From the NCBI RefSeq assembly GCF_000002075.1, contig NW_004797795.1, positions 409,134 through 473,133 of the forward strand: DNA of 64,000 nucleotides. Reading direction: 5' to 3'. Under the pieces are notes generated by a model that worked only from the letters and a program-made list of their open reading frames with translations, was not told the DNA's origin and searched no databases. The DNA comes from Aplysia californica. Taxonomy: Eukaryota. Made by a program: the position numbers and the translations under genes. Of this stretch, positions 38,301-47,900 are shown piece after piece (the first letter of the stretch is position 1; every line of letters begins with the position of its first letter).

Positions 38301-41300
38301 TTATGCTTGACTCCTATGTTGATGGCTCTGGTTTGAATCCCCATCCAGAGATTTTTTCAATACATGGGTTGTTTGTTTTGTTGTTTTAGTAAGAGTTTTA
38401 AGGCACTTGTAACACAATTAGGTCATATAAGTGCTGAAGATCAAAGGGAACAGGGAGAGATGACAACAAAAGATGCTTGATAGGAAAGAAGGAGCAAACC
38501 ACATCGACCCCCACCGACTACCCACTACGGTTGTTTTTGGAGTGTTCGGGACTCTCTATCGGCTTGCTTTATCCTGTCTGGGATGAGCTTACTTTTAGTT
38601 AAGAGGTCTTGCCTCCTTATGACCTTTCAGTGTTAACATAGGTGTTAAACCCTTATGTTAACATTTGAAATAGGACACAATTTACGCCATTGACAAAGCA
38701 GACTGACTAGTCAAAATAAGATCATACCTACCAAAAACCACTTGAGTAACACAACTCAAAACTACAAAAATGTTCATCATGGAAAACTACAAAGAGGTAT
38801 GAATAAAGCAATGGACAAGAGGTCTGACTGGCAGACCAGTTTACAATCACATAAGAAATATAAGCCAAATTGACAGCATAAAAGCTCTCTATAAGAGGTA
38901 ACAATACAGCATATTCCTGTAAACTATCCCCTAAATAAAATCTATCAGGAAAAACCACCGATGTGCTTGCTTCATGACGATGTCTATGAAACAGTCCAAC
39001 ATCTGCTCTTTGAATGTCACAGACTAGAGAATCCACAAAAGCAACTTCCTCCTGCCATCCCTACCACAGGCAGTACCTGCTGCAGCAAAGAACAAGTTTT
39101 GAAAACCAACCTCTGCCTTTTCTAACATGGCATTGGGCAGATGGCTACGCACTTGAAAGGTTTACTGGATTAACAATGATGCAATAACCGATCTATTTTT
39201 TTTTCTGTATTTTCTTTCCTATTCAGATGATCGTTTCATCCTCAAACAAATGTCCAACATGGAGGTGGAATCATTTGAGAAGTTTGGACCTCAGTATTTC
39301 CAGTATATCAAGAATTGTTTAGCAGACCAGGTAGGATTGTTAGGGCTGATCACCTTGATGTGACTGGTTTCCATTCTGGCTACCATACAAAAGCTTGTGG
39401 TTTGATACTGATATTGAATTAGGTTTTGTTTCTTTTCTCCTTATATGGAGAACATTTTTTTGTGTGTAGATGAGAAAAAAAGATGTGAAGGTTGGGGAAG
39501 GGCAGGGGCAGGATGGGAATTGTTTGTCTAGAAAAGTTTTAAACTACATGTGTGTAATTGAAATGCAGTTGGGTTTTTTATGGGAGAAAAAATTTTTTGC
39601 TGAATTCAATTTTATTTATTCTCCTTTTTTAAATTAATTTTTTTTTTAGGGTGGAGTCTCTTTTTACATTATATTATGATAATAGGAAAGATATCTTCTC
39701 TAGCGCCCTAGTGCTTCACTATAAAATAAGATTTAAATTAGCATTCCGTGCATACTGGCCCATACAGCCATTTCAAAGACATATTCACCCATAATATGAT
39801 AGGAGAATTCGTACACAAACAGATAATCATTGTGGCTACTGGTCACACTTGTTGTTGAAACAGGAATTTAAAGTAGATTTGGTTTTAGATCAGATTTAAA
39901 TGCTGTCAAAAAGACGCCCCTCTTAAATGCAATGGGGGAAATGTCACGTTGAGGGAGCAGCAGTCTAAAAAACCTACTTTAAATATTATAGATTTTACAA
40001 GGCACAGTCTTAAAATGTCATTTACTAATGGACCGTAATTTTCAAAGTAAGCTAGATAACTGAAACAATGCTGAGCAGGGGTCGCACTACTCTTTTGTTC
40101 GATACAATATTATACTGATGTATTAAATGGGAGACTTGTCACATACGAGCAGAGCAAAAGTTACTAACCTTAGCTAGAAGTTGTGAAGATGAAGTCAGTA
40201 AAAGTATGTTTAGTTTGTGCTTTAGAGCTCAGTGGAAGAATTAAATTCATTAATTAATGTGGTGACCTAGTCATGAGTACACTACGTACACATTATCCAA
40301 GGTATTTTCGCCCTTCTGGCGGCATGGCAACCGGTCAGGCAAGCTGACATTGCACACTGTTGTTTCATGACCGTTGAGAACATCCCAGTAGAGAAATATT
40401 TGATGAACCATGATCTGTGATGTTTGTTTACAGATGTATCATTTGCAGAAGAAAAAGAGCCAAAAATCCCAACCATGACTGTTTGTTGCCAAGTACTTCT
40501 CTAAGACTCTGTTTTCATAAATTTACAGCAACCCACAGCTTTGGCAAAGATACTGGGAGTGTTTAGAATTGGTTTCCGCAACTCTCAGACCAACCATGCC
40601 CTGAGGCAGGACGTGCTTGTAATGGAGAACCTGTTCTACAGCAGGAAGATCACTCAGGTAAGGAAAAAGAGTTTGTTTAATAAGTAAAGTCTTCCTTGTT
40701 TAACATCACCACTCACATTTTTGAATACTTTTTTTTGTCTTTTATGTGTATTGTTTTTTTTCCTTTATTGACTGATTTCTATTCAAAGTTAATGTTTCTT
40801 TTTTCCAGTTAAAGGGGACTTGATACATCATTATGATATTGAATAATGTTGTAGAAAACAAAATCGCAGTATTGTTGTCGCAATTTGACAGTCTTCTTAC
40901 ATTGCCTTGTAACAGGGATTTGACTTGAAGACTCAAAATACCTACATTGACTCATTGTGTGCAATGAGATGTTAAATATCGTCACTGCCGGATTCTAAGC
41001 AGCTTACTCTAAAGATACATTGTTTTTTTCTTTTCCTGAATTCTGACTGACATCACACAACACATCTTATAAATAGCTTTCAGCCAGACTAATGTACTCA
41101 AATGGTCACTACAATGTTGGATTCCAAACAGCTAAATTGTGTATAATATTAATAGCTTTGGTTTTTAGTTTTAAGGAAATTTTAAGGAACCGAGTTTGCT
41201 ATTTAGAATCCTGCAGTGATGATATAAAAGTGAATATGAAAGCAACAAGCTGTTTTGTGTTTTGTTTTCTTTTTGTTTTGTAAATGAAATTTAACCTGAA

Positions 41301-43060
41301 AGGCTCAAAATGACCCACACTGTGTGTTCCAAGACAATATAAAACACAAGCAAAGTGCCCTAATTGTAGTCTTTCATATTTGTACTTCTTTTGGAGGGAA
41401 AGAAATTTTACTTGAAAGGCTCAAAATGACACGTACTGCATGTCGTAGGATGATAAAAGAACTATTGCAAAGTGTCTTTCTCGTTGTTCAGTATTTTTCA
41501 TTGTTGTCTCATGACAGAAATTTGACTTGAAAGGCTCAATGCGAAACAGGCTGGTGAATACTGCCAGCAAGCGGGCAGAGGAGGAGCTGGTCCTTTTGGA
41601 TGAGAACTTACTGAAAAGTGAGTGGTCACCTTCCTGGTAGTGTGTGTGTGTGTGTGTGTCTGTGTCATAATTTGCTGATGAAGTTGTGAGTGGTTTTGTT
41701 ACTGATTAGTGTGTATCCATATCCTTGTGTCTATGGATGGGTTGCTGTTAAAAGAAGAATTTTGTGTATTTATGTGTGTGTATGTGTGAGAGAGAGAGAG
41801 TGTGTGTGCATCACTTCTGAGTTATAATTTTCTGGAAAGAAGTGTGTTTCTACCCGGAGCTAAAAGATGTTGAGCCCAGCGTACTACAAATTGATGAAGC
41901 GTGGCCAACAAGCGGAAAAATGGCGGTTTCTTTGATTTCATTATTTTGACGTGCGCCTGATTTCCCCGCAATGCCATCCATGAAAAATGAAAGAAAATTA
42001 TGCTCAATGGTTTGTCTCTGCAGCTGAAAGAAAAATGCATTACTATGATTAGATTAAGAGTGATATATGAGCTTTAATTCTATTTGACCTTCTATTTCTC
42101 CAATAGGCAGTGTGGAGAGTCCCCTATACTTACGACCTCACAGCAAGTCTGTGCTGAAGTCTGCCATCACAAGTGACTCCAGTTTTCTGTCCAGCAATTT
42201 GGTTATGGACTACTCACTCCTCGTGGGCATTGATGACGACACACACGAGTTGGTGGTGGGCATTATAGGTGAGGAGGCCCTGTTTGTGTGTATGCGTGTG
42301 TGTGTATGTTTACAAGAATGAAAAAAGCTCTGTGTGTGTGTGTGTATGGGGCTGGGCAGGTACCCACTACTGTAGGTGATGTCAGTACTGGCACCAGACC
42401 TCCAGTACCGGTACTGGGAAGGTGTCGACACCAAGTGGTGTTGGCTCTGGCAAGTGTTTAGCATAGTGGGTGGTGTGCCCTTGGAACTAAAGACCTAGTT
42501 ACTTTGCAGTGTGTCGAAACTGTAAAGTCAGGTGCACAGCACAAAGCACAAGGTGACCTTGATACATGATATCTTGCTCAAAATTAACAACCGATTAAAA
42601 ATAAAATTATGTTTAAATTTAGATATAGCATCAAATCAGGCTCATTGCTTACAATTTTGCTTATTTTGCTCCGCTGATTCCGGAAATAAATTCCTTAATT
42701 CATATTAACTAATTTAGAAAAATGAAAGAGATATCAGTATGGAAATGGCTGATTGTACACGCTATTCGTGGTTTCTAGTTTTCCATGTTTGTGCTATCTG
42801 TGCCTGACTGTAAAGAATTTCTCTATTCACCTTTTGCAGACTACATCCGCACGTTTACATGGGACAAGAAGCTCGAGATGGTGGTCAAGTCTACAGGCAT
42901 CCTGGGCGGTCAGGGGAAAATGCCCACAGTAGTCTCACCTCAGCTCTACAAGGGACGCTTCCTGGAGGCCATGGACAGATATTTCCTGCAGGTGCCAGAC
43001 CGCTGGATGGGGCTTGGCAGAGGTGGGTTCAACATTTTTGCCTCTTCTCATTTAGCTTAA
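1060..43060 (+). CDS. PIKFYVE: PIKfyve/Fab1 1-phosphatidylinositol-3-phosphate 5-kinase, multi-exon gene, 5' part outside window (27 coding exons visible)
   Basis: Spliced translation gives the CCT-like domain ([30 protein letters not shown]), the CCR domain ([35 protein letters not shown]) and the PIPK domain ([50 protein letters not shown]). GT-AG introns have matching phases; one exon end is hidden in the gap at 34065-34320. Confidence 0.97.
1572..1751 (+). CDS. PIKFYVE: PIKfyve exon ([22 protein letters not shown])
   Basis: ag/gtgagg, 60 codons, conserved CCT motif. Confidence 0.93.
2380..2520 (+). CDS. PIKFYVE: PIKfyve exon ([33 protein letters not shown])
   Basis: ttttcag/gtcagt, 47 codons. 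Confidence 0.93.
3417..3543 (+). CDS. PIKFYVE: PIKfyve exon ([24 protein letters not shown])
   Basis: ggcag/gtatgt, phase 0-1. Confidence 0.92.
3637..4285. mobile_element. piggyBac-like non-autonomous element
   Basis: 15-bp TIR CTCATTCGGGACGCA / TGCGTCCCGAATGAG flanked by TTAG and TTAA. Confidence 0.75.
5018..5112 (+). CDS. PIKFYVE: PIKfyve exon ([31 protein letters not shown])
   Basis: ctttcag/gtatgc, phase 1-0. Confidence 0.93.
5768..7108. mobile_element. Unclassified TIR element with internal long inverted repeats and an AGATCT-rich core
   Basis: Ends TAACA..ATTACACCCTAA / TTAGGGTGTAAT..TGTTA; internal ~50-bp IR at ~5890-5935 and ~6385-6432. Confidence 0.55.
7867..8036 (+). CDS. PIKFYVE: PIKfyve exon ([29 protein letters not shown]..)
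   Basis: cacag/gtgagg, phase 0-2; end of CCT-like domain. Confidence 0.92.
8883..9568. mobile_element. PIF/Harbinger-like MITE nested in an R1 copy
   Basis: TIR GGGGAGGGGCTGGTTT / AAACCAGCCCCCTCCC; TAA duplication; the R1 copy at ~19372 shows the empty TAA site. Confidence 0.8.
9965..10385. mobile_element. MITE family R1 copy
   Basis: Imperfect TIR TGTG..GAATCAGGCGCT.GTCAA; related copies at ~8790-9670, 19106-19504, ~19945-20330, ~24765-24880, 25604-26038, 31555-31982, ~41840-41980, 44272-44951. Confidence 0.8.
12839..13416 (+). CDS. PIKFYVE: PIKfyve exon, acidic low-complexity linker
   Basis: gtcag/gtgatt, phase 2-1 fits both neighbours; ORF 12855-13460. Confidence 0.8.
13690..14127 (+). 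mobile_element. RTE-clade LINE 3' fragment
   Basis: [41 protein letters not shown]..; (TGA)n tail. Confidence 0.88.
14456..15444 (+). CDS. PIKFYVE: PIKfyve large exon, Ser/Thr-rich linker ending in a conserved block (DFSDPL..LSVSPY..HAF)
   Basis: tacag/gtgaga, phase 1-0; ORF 14476-15525. Confidence 0.88.
15741..16270 (-). mobile_element. tRNA-derived SINE with Deu/Nin-like core (same family as 23518-24044)
   Basis: Reverse complement of the 23518 element along its length. Confidence 0.85.
16844..17005 (+). CDS. PIKFYVE: PIKfyve exon ([13 protein letters not shown]..)
   Basis: ttcag/gttggt, phase 0-0; LAD(F/Y)RARGGRI motif. Confidence 0.9.
17827..17927 (+). CDS. PIKFYVE: PIKfyve exon ([24 protein letters not shown])
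   Basis: ctgcag/gtaagt, phase 0-2. Confidence 0.93.
18428..18625 (-). mobile_element. RTE-clade LINE 3' fragment
   Basis: Reverse complement encodes [25 protein letters not shown]; (TGA)n-type tail. Confidence 0.75.
18815..19058 (+). CDS. PIKFYVE: PIKfyve exon, CCR Cys-rich domain
   Basis: ccag/gtcaga, phase 2-0; [29 protein letters not shown]. Confidence 0.95.
19106..19504. mobile_element. MITE family R1, complete copy
   Basis: TA|TGTG..CACA|TA ends, ~35-bp imperfect TIR. Confidence 0.82.
20866..21044 (+). CDS. PIKFYVE: PIKfyve exon ([37 protein letters not shown])
   Basis: gccag/gtgagc, phase 0-2. Confidence 0.94.
21620..21733 (+). CDS. PIKFYVE: PIKfyve exon ([12 protein letters not shown]..)
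   Basis: ttacag/gtgagt, phase 2-2. Confidence 0.85.
22071..22279 (+). CDS. PIKFYVE: PIKfyve exon, helical region ([11 protein letters not shown]..)
   Basis: ttcccag/gtggga, phase 2-1; GC-rich codon usage. Confidence 0.87.
22389..23097 (+). mobile_element. piggyBac-like non-autonomous element with a possible transposase N-terminal remnant
   Basis: TTAA|CTCTTTTTA..TAAAAAGAG|TTAA; ATG at 22591 gives [13 protein letters not shown] followed by an acidic tract with a stop. Confidence 0.72.
23518..24044 (+). mobile_element. Full-length tRNA(Glu-like)-derived SINE with Deu/Nin-like core and I/Nimb-type tail
   Basis: A box TGGCCCAGAGG, B box GGTTCGATTCC; core CACGTTAAAGATCCC..AAGAGTAGG; perfect 11-bp TSD AGACCAGTTGA; (CAAA)n tail. 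Confidence 0.9.
24650..24743 (+). CDS. PIKFYVE: PIKfyve exon ([31 protein letters not shown])
   Basis: (CT)n-ttcag/gtgatt, phase 1-2. Confidence 0.87.
25162..25258 (+). CDS. PIKFYVE: PIKfyve exon ([13 protein letters not shown]..)
   Basis: ctctcag/gtgaga, phase 2-0. Confidence 0.85.
25604..26038. mobile_element. MITE family R1, complete copy (opposite orientation)
   Basis: TA|TGTG..CACA|TA; ends 18 nt before the exon at 26057. Confidence 0.82.
26057..26321 (+). CDS. PIKFYVE: PIKfyve exon, Ser/Gly-rich linker
   Basis: cttcag/gtatgt, phase 0-1, open frame. Confidence 0.8.
26442..29305. mobile_element. Possible hAT-like non-autonomous element with an internal ~450-bp duplication
   Basis: 12-bp TIR CAGGGCTGCCTA / TAGGCAGCCCTG; ~26748-27170 resembles ~28355-28840; TSD weak; spans a gap. 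Confidence 0.5.
28133..28292. repeat. (CA)n microsatellite
   Basis: direct reading. Confidence 0.95.
30487..30855 (-). mobile_element. RTE-clade LINE 3' fragment
   Basis: [50 protein letters not shown]. Confidence 0.88.
30936..31184 (+). CDS. PIKFYVE: PIKfyve exon, Ser/Thr/Pro-rich, symmetric phase 1-1
   Basis: cccacag/gtgagg, 249 nt open frame, GC-rich. Confidence 0.72.
32920..33115 (+). mobile_element. Short retroposon family R2 copy (GTGGGTGGTTGG..CCGTAAAAC..TACTAAAAC)
   Basis: More than 12 copies in window, e.g. ~2550-2725 -, ~11290-11467 -, ~11646-11813 +, ~17436-17610 +, 36198-36375 +, ~38380-38525 -, 49541-49720 +; several have ~8-11-bp TSDs. Confidence 0.85.
33140..33332 (+). CDS. 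PIKFYVE: PIKfyve exon (..[28 protein letters not shown])
   Basis: cccag/gtaagt, phase 1-2; EPSSIIA(Y/F)AL motif. Confidence 0.93.
33605..33872 (-). mobile_element. tRNA-derived SINE with Meta-like domain
   Basis: Reverse complement: degenerate tRNA head, CCCACCCAGCAGTAATGGGAACC, CTTTACTTT tail. Confidence 0.65.
33905..34064 (+). CDS. PIKFYVE: PIKfyve exon ([12 protein letters not shown]..), 3' end lost in assembly gap
   Basis: ttttcccag acceptor, phase 2; open frame runs into Ns at 34065. Confidence 0.85.
36198..36375 (+). mobile_element. R2 retroposon inserted at a PIKfyve splice acceptor
   Basis: R2 consensus ends; flanks CCCTAGACAA / CTCCAGGCAA. Confidence 0.85.
36382..36531 (+). CDS. 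PIKFYVE: PIKfyve exon ([13 protein letters not shown]..)
   Basis: ccag/gtagct, phase 1-1; resembles recalled vertebrate KKASGMLSFFRG; acceptor abuts a retroposon. Confidence 0.78.
36547..36743. mobile_element. hAT-like MITE
   Basis: 14-bp TIR CAGGCTTGCCAACT / AGTTGGCAAGCCTG; near 6-bp TSD ctatac/caatac. Confidence 0.72.
37654..37938 (+). CDS. PIKFYVE: PIKfyve exon, start of kinase domain ([24 protein letters not shown])
   Basis: ccccag/gtgagt, phase 1-1. Confidence 0.95.
38690..39180 (+). mobile_element. Degenerate I-group (Nimb/Ingi-like) LINE 3' fragment
   Basis: [13 protein letters not shown] zinc-knuckle-type motif at ~38988-39026; many stops and frameshifts. Confidence 0.55.
39227..39330 (+). 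CDS. PIKFYVE: PIKfyve exon ([17 protein letters not shown]..)
   Basis: ttcag/gtagga, phase 1-0; contains the ATP-binding Lys. Confidence 0.95.
40529..40657 (+). CDS. PIKFYVE: PIKfyve exon ([22 protein letters not shown]..)
   Basis: tacag/gtaagg, phase 0-0. Confidence 0.95.
41518..41617 (+). CDS. PIKFYVE: PIKfyve exon ([19 protein letters not shown])
   Basis: gacag/gtgagt, phase 0-1. Confidence 0.95.
42107..42268 (+). CDS. PIKFYVE: PIKfyve exon ([24 protein letters not shown])
   Basis: aatag/gtgagg, phase 1-1. Confidence 0.95.
42840..43060 (+). CDS. PIKFYVE: PIKfyve terminal kinase exon ([23 protein letters not shown]..stop)
   Basis: ttgcag acceptor; TAA at 43058-43060 if unspliced; internal donor possible at 43023. 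Confidence 0.93.
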
Positions 43061-43726
43061 CACTTTCCTCTTCAACGCAGCCAATGAAAAAAAAAATGAG
43101 AAAGCCACACCAGAGCTTAGTCCAGCTAGGCATGCATCTTGTCTCTCCTAGAGAATTCTCTCAATGGTGAGTATAGCTGTTATGGAAGTAGAGCAGTGAC
43201 ATTAAGCTGTTACTTTATTTTATTTTCATTTCTAGTGAGGAATGTATCATTGTCAGCAGTCAGAATTTACTTTTTATTCTCTTTAATTGCATGTTCACTG
43301 GAAGTTTTTGAGCAAATGGATGACCAATTGTTGACGAAGAATGTGAGCAGGAAAGGGTAAAAGCGACATGCAATTTTGACAGACAACACGGTGCCGCTAA
43401 CTTCCTGTGAATCTACCCATAAGTCGTAGAATCCAGTGTAACTTAAAGTTGTATGTATTTGAACTCGAATTGTTTCATCTCTCAGTCAACAAATCTCAGA
43501 ACGCTGATGTATGTTTTTTTCATCATCTTTGTGGGATCAGCTCCCTGTCACTACTGTCAGCTCTTTCTTAAATTGTGCTCTATAACACGAATGAAGCCAA
43601 CATGATGATCGTATGGGTATATGCTTATGTATGTGTGTATTTGTTTTCCTTCAGTATTATCATATTTTTTTCTCTTCAACTCGAATTCAAACCAACTGTT
43701 GCTTTTCTTTCTTTTTCTTCTTGCAG

Positions 43727-43788
43727 AGTCCACAACCCGGGCCCATAAAGTGGAAACTACAGAGGGCAAGGAATCTGCTCGTAGATGA
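43727..43788 (+). CDS. PIKFYVE: Candidate alternative last coding exon of PIKfyve (ESTTRAHKVETTEGKESARR*)
   Basis: Donor AG|gtgggt at 43023 (phase 1) and a very strong polypyrimidine-ttgcag acceptor at 43726; stop TGA at 43786-43788. Confidence 0.55.
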
Positions 43789-43940
43789 CGCAGCTATTGA
43801 GGTCAGATCAGGGCAAGTATAGAACCCATTATAGAGTACAGATGGACTGCTTTGTGTAAGACTCTGCCTTACGCCATTTTGGAAAGTGACATGTATTGAC
43901 AATGGAGTTTTGCACTAAGCAATGCAGATGAAGAGACCAT

Positions 43941-44275
43941 ATGTATGACCGAGTACTGGAATGCTGACCAGCGCACATGTATGACTGGCAGTTGAGATTA
44001 AACTGGGAAACGTGTGATCCAACACAAGAGTATAGTGAGGACATGTTTATGTATGGCCAGCCTCTTACATACTTGTCAGGATGTATGTGTACAGCTCTAG
44101 AGGTCATATCAGATTCTGTATGTTATATGTATGTCCCAACTCTTGGGTGCAAACTGGACTATGTATGACCCAGCAGTAGAGTACATACCCGGATGTCTGT
44201 ATGAGCCAGTTCTGTAGCATTCACGAGGACATATGTATGACATGGCAACTGAGTTTAGATGAGGAGACATATGTG
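43941..44275. repeat. Degenerate ~36-bp minisatellite with ATGTATGAC core (~10 units)
   Basis: Core at 43941, 43977, ~44010, 44049, ~44081, 44127, 44161, ~44197, 44233, ~44271. Confidence 0.75.
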
Positions 44276-44951
44276 TCACACTGTGGTGGAATCAAGCACT
44301 TGTTAATATTTTGGCATGTAGAATTATTGGCATCATCTTTAACCTTATCTGTATGCCCTTGGGTCATTTTATCCCCCTGGGGTTATATTCTTCACATTTT
44401 AGAATACTTCAAGTGCGAAGATCTCTTTGAAACTTTCAGTATATCTCAAAAAATCATTTTGACAGACTGCTATGCAAAGCGTACGGATCAAATTAATGAG
44501 TAAATTTCCTCTTTGGAAAGTGGTGGCACAGAGTTCCCCAAGTCGTTTGGGGATAGTAAAACACGACGTACGGGTTAAGTTAAGCTTGTTCATTTTGTCT
44601 TGTCTTTGATGTATAAAATGCCCATCTTTCTTGAATAGAAGTCGAGACATTTGTAATTGATGAAGCAGGGAGTTACCAGTGCCAGAGGTAAAATTAGCAA
44701 GAAAAAGGCTGCCGAAGTTTGGTGACATCCATAGCTTGAGAGTCCTTGGCAACTTAAAAATTTGAATTTTTAAAGCCTTTAATCAATGTCTTTCTGTAAA
44801 AGTCCTCACAGAAATGTGTTTTTAAATGGACCTAAAAGGAGTTGAGCCAAAAAACAAAAATTTGATTCGAATTGCTAAATCAGTGAAAAAATGCCAGTTT
44901 CTTCGATTTTTTTATTTTGACGAGCATCTGATTACACCATGATGCCTTGCA
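44272..44951. mobile_element. MITE family R1 copy carrying a ~235-bp TTAA-flanked insertion (~44343-44574)
   Basis: Alignment by eye to the 19106 copy; extra block bounded by TTAA. Confidence 0.7.
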
Positions 44952-47900
44952 TATGATATTGTAAGACTGAAAAAAATTCTTGTACTTGTCTTGACAAATA
45001 TATGACAGCGTGAGAAAAACCTATTGGACGCTGTGGGAGATATTTTTTCATGTATGCATGATTGAAAACACTCTTACAGCGGGGATGAAACGAGTGTGAC
45101 AAAAATTTATACAGGCTAAAAAGGAAATGATTTTATTATCATCTTGAAATGAATGTGATGCACAGGCTCTGAGGAATGTTTTCATATTCAGATTTGTTTT
45201 TGTTTTTTCTTAAAATAGAATCAATAAATTTATTCATATTTTCTCAATTTCTAATCTTTTGAATGTTTATACGTGAATATCAGAAATTCTGGTAAAGGCA
45301 ATGACATAAATGGTAAAATATTGCTCAGGAAATACAGCAGGATGTAGAAATAAGCTTTAATGATGTCACAAAAATATACTAACGGGTTTGAAAGGTTTTT
45401 CCCATGCTGCTACTCATCTATGTGACCAAATACGAGAATGCCGAAACATGGACGTATGTACAGAAATTACAGCCATATGTTTTTGAGAATTTTTCAGCAT
45501 GGCCGTGCCTGTTGTGGACTTTAATCCATGTGAAGCTGTGATGAATATAATGTGATGCTTAGCCTACTTTCCTTTCCTAACTTTGTGGTATGCGGCACAT
45601 TTTGTTTTACATTCCAATGCTTTCAAGTCTTAAAGTTGTGAATTTGAGATTTGAATTAAATTTATCGTAAGGGGAAAAACATTACGCTCTCCTCATTAAT
45701 GTGATGTGGGAAAATATTCATTTATAATACCTTTTCCTGCTTGATGTTTAAATTTTCCCTTTAGAAATGGTAAAGTTCCAATGCTGCTATGTAGATGTTT
45801 ACATTGGTCTCTGACTTGTGTGTTTATTTTCTTTGAAAAAGCTTAGTGCCATCTGAACAACTACAGAACATAATTCTATTTCTTGCTCTTGTTGTACAAA
45901 ATGATCTGCAAGAATTTGCATGTTGTTGTGGCTGGGGAAGGGGTGGGAGTGGGGTTTGTTTCAATTCCTATTTATGTGACATTGCTTTTTAAATATGACT
46001 GATTAGTTACTGTGGTCTTATAACAGAAAGGGAAGTGGATAGATGTGCTTTGCCAAATGTGGAATGTTTTAGCTGGCCTGTGCTATTAAAATTTCTGTGT
46101 TGTGTTGACTGGAACAATGTTTTGTCTTTTCCAAGTGTGGGACACCCATTTGCTTGCCACAGTTCAAATTGTTAGCCATTTGAGCTTTTCTCTTTCAATG
46201 TTGATAAATTACTTTCACAACGCAGATTTGTGTGTATGCATGTGTGTGAAAGAATTGATTGTGCTGAAGTGAGTAATACTTTTTTTTTAAATTCCAAATT
46301 TTATGTCTGCTGCCATGTTTATTCTTATCGAACCATACACTGTGCTTCCTAAATATATGTGGTGTTACTGTTCCATTGACTTTTCATTACTATTAGTAAC
46401 TGAAAATCTCTTTACTATTAGTAACTGAAAATCCCTGGAACTATTAATAGAATACTTTGTTGAACACAAAGGCGTTCAAGACTAATCAATGCTGTGAACA
46501 CAAAAGGATTTCAAATCCCTGAGATTTCATTTCCCCTCTTTGTTCATGTATACAAAAAGGAAATTTTACAAGAGAGGCAAAAGACTAACTTTTTGTGTGT
46601 GTTTCAAATTAACTAAAATTTCGTCAGTCTGATTATTTTATGTCAATATTCATTGGTCAATCTAACTTTTGGCTGATTTGCTGAGGTATCCACTACATAG
46701 CTATGGAGTAATTTATTAACGTTTCTTTTGTCATAATAATATCAATATATGTAATTGGGTCACAACACATATTTTCAAGACCCAAAAACTTCCTTAATCT
46801 TAACTGTACAACCATAAAACCAAAATAGAAAGACACGCCATAAAAAGGGCTTTCTCTTCGGTGTAAAAATGCTACTTGACCTAATTACACATATATAGTG
46901 GGGGTTTTTGTTATAAGGCGGCAGATCTGCCTTCCTGTGAAGTCACAGTTGTGATGCTTTTAACGTCTTCTCTGTATTCTGTACATATCTATATTCTAGC
47001 ATCTTTGTGACAACTTTTATTATAGATGCACTTTGTGCCCCCATATAAAGCCACAAGCTTCTGCTTTCCCCTGTAATTATTGTATGGGCTTGATGCTCCT
47101 TTTCAAGATTATTAGGTTAGTAAAGGATGGAACCTTTCTCTCAGATAAGGCAGAGACAAGTGGGTGGAGAGCCTTGAAAACTCCACTGGACTGGGGTGTC
47201 TGTGGACGGCCTGCCCACCCTGAGAAGAGGCCATTCATGTTGAGGGTAGGAGGGTACAAGGGGTTTTCATGAGACTGGAAAGACCTAACTGCCCTGTGAC
47301 CGTGTAATTCCGGTAGGGTTCACGTTGCCCATTCCCCGCCACCAATGGCTACTGGCTAAAGTTTTCTACTCTTTCAAGAGGTATCTGCCAAGTGGGAAAG
47401 CCATTGGATCGTCACGTCCTGGGTCGTTGTGCCTTTACTAAGAGGTCCAAGGCTAGTTGAGCATTCCGCTTGATCCATCCCCTGCTCCCAGACACTCTCA
47501 AACTGGCTGGTTCCTTCTCAGCCACAGAGGGTGTGTTGATAAAAAGCAGTAGAGGTGTTAGGTAGATTAAACACCACTCAAGGGAGAGTAGGGGTGTGTT
47601 AGTGAGGGGCATAGTGTCTACCACGCATCGGTGGGTTCTGCCTCCTGCACTTTGTGGGGCCACACCTGCTCCCATCCTGTTGTTTTAACCCCTCTAGGAA
47701 AGGGGGGGTTGGTTTGTTGGCGTCAACAACTCGCCGTTCGCCAGAGCCGTGTCAGTGAGGACAGGGACCACCAGGGGCAGGTACGCTTGGCTGGATTGGG
47801 AGAAGCTGTTTGAGACGCTTTGGCATTTCTCAATATTTAAATGAGACCCATCTCCAGTTTTTGATCCCCTTTGAAAACTCCAAAAAGGTCTGAAGTTGAA

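Noticed and set aside
43941-44275. CRISPR-like repeat-spacer array
   Set aside because: The core is only ~9 bp and degenerate, the spacers are related to each other, the context is eukaryotic and there are no cas genes.
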